Assembly: GCF_009914755.1 (NCBI RefSeq)
Contig: NC_060944.1
Length of the DNA stretch: 64,000 nt
From: the human T2T-CHM13v2.0 reference genome, Homo sapiens
Direction: 5' to 3' (one strand)
Both the position numbers and the translations under genes were made by a program. This document shows, piece after piece, positions 62,395-64,000 of this stretch (the first letter of the stretch is position 1; each line of letters begins with the position of its first letter). The notes beneath the pieces are model-generated. The model had not been told where the DNA came from and searched no databases. It saw only the letters and a list, made by a program, of their open reading frames with translations.

Positions 62395-62838
62395 ATAGTA
62401 GGTTAAATATGGCTGCAAATTCTTTGCTACTTCTCTCACTGAGAGACGGAGTATAATGCCTGACTAACGGAACATGGTGGAAGGGATGTTCTGGAACTTC
62501 TGAGGCTTGGTCTTAGCAAAGCTGTGGCTTTTGCCTGTGTCTCTGTGAACATTCTCTGTGGGAATGCTGAGCTACAGTGTAAAAAGCCCAAATGCTCTGT
62601 CCACCATGCCAAGAGGCCGCATCTGGGATGTGGGTATACTGGTCAACAGTCACTGCTGAGTGAGTAAACCTGTCTTGGATTCTAGAACAGCCCATCCACT
62701 AAGTGACCAGAAGAATCACCTGACCACACCCTGCCCAAATTCCTGACCCACAAAATCTTGAGATAAAATGAAGTGATTGTTGTTTTAAGACCCTAACTTT
62801 TGGAGAAGTTTGTTAAGAAGCAAGCAATAACTGGAACC
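62395..62838 (+). mobile_element. MLT1H-like MaLR LTR
   Basis: AATATGGCTGCAAATTCTTTGCTACT start; CTGCCCAAATTCCTGACCCACA. Confidence 0.75.
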
Positions 62839-63293
62839 GTAACATAGAGGAAAGAACATCTGTGGTGTTAGATCTGGACTCAAATCACAGCTCCATTATT
62901 TATCAGCTACGTGATCTTTTCTAGCTTCTTCTGGCCTCAGTTTCCTCCTGTGTTAAACAGAGGTCATTCTAGCTACCTCCTAGCCTCATCATGAAGATGA
63001 AATGAGAAAACAGATGGAAACAGAGCCTGGCTCATAGCAGGTGCTTCAAAATGTTTCTTTCCTCTCTTCTCAGCCTCACCATGCCCTCTTCTCTAGGGCT
63101 TTCTGGGATGCCCAGTGAGGGGAATGCAGCAAACTATATAGCACCTCCACTACTCAAGATTTTGGAGAAAAGAATTCCAGGAGAATGTTACTGAGAAAAT
63201 GACTCTGGACCCCTGCTCCAGAGAAACAAAATTATTTACCTGACTTGACTTTTGAAAAATGGATTTACTTGAAGAGCTACTCCAATTTAATGA

Positions 63294-63635
<342 letters not shown>

Positions 63636-63674
63636 AAAAACAAGAATTAGATTTTTTAAAAAACAGATACCTTG

Positions 63675-64000
63675 GGCCAGGCTCAGTGGCTCACATCTGT
63701 AATCCCAGCACTTTGGGAGCCCAAGCCGGGCAGTTCGTTGGAGGTCAAAAGTTCGAGACCAGCCCGGGCAACATGGTGAAACCCCGTCTCGACTAAAAAT
63801 ACTAAAATTAGGCCAGGTGCAGTGGCTCACGCCTGTAATCCCAGCACTTTGGGAGGCCGAGGTGGGCGGGTCACGAAGTCAGGAGATCGAGACCATCCTG
63901 ACCAACATGGTGAAACCCCGTCTTTACTAAAAACACACACACAAAAAAGCTGGGTGTGGTGGTGCGCACCGGTAGTCCCAGTTACTCAGGAGGCTGAGGC
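63675..64000 (+). mobile_element. Alu left arm (63675-63810) with a second Alu starting at 63811, at the linker
   Basis: A new GGCCAGGTGCAGTGGCTCACGCC follows the linker; runs off the window. Confidence 0.88.

Overview
Human (primate) genomic DNA, recognisable from its proteins as the ESF1/NDUFAF5 locus (chr20p12). On the minus strand are ESF1 non-coding exon 1 (donor at 2598) and its first coding exon (218-854). A short CpG-island bidirectional promoter with an NRF1 palindrome separates ESF1 from NDUFAF5 (C20orf7). NDUFAF5 is complete on the plus strand: 11 coding exons from 2788 to 34953, all GT-AG, totalling 1038 nt or 345 aa, with a SAM-methyltransferase fold. The rest is intron, 3' UTR and about 25 kb of intergenic DNA filled with Alu, L1, L2, MIR, MaLR/ERV LTRs and DNA-transposon fossils. 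Almost all long ORFs in the track are repeat-derived noise. I found no evidence for a new multi-gene system. The best leads are RNA-processing features hidden in NDUFAF5: a dual-frame exon 4, a candidate alternative last exon in intron 7 with a 60-codon in-frame tail and AATAAA, a candidate poison exon in intron 8, a G-rich octamer repeat at the first 5' splice site, and a poly(A) signal overlapping the stop codon. There are also several retrotransposition oddities. Repeat family names come from recall of consensus sequences, and their boundaries are approximate.
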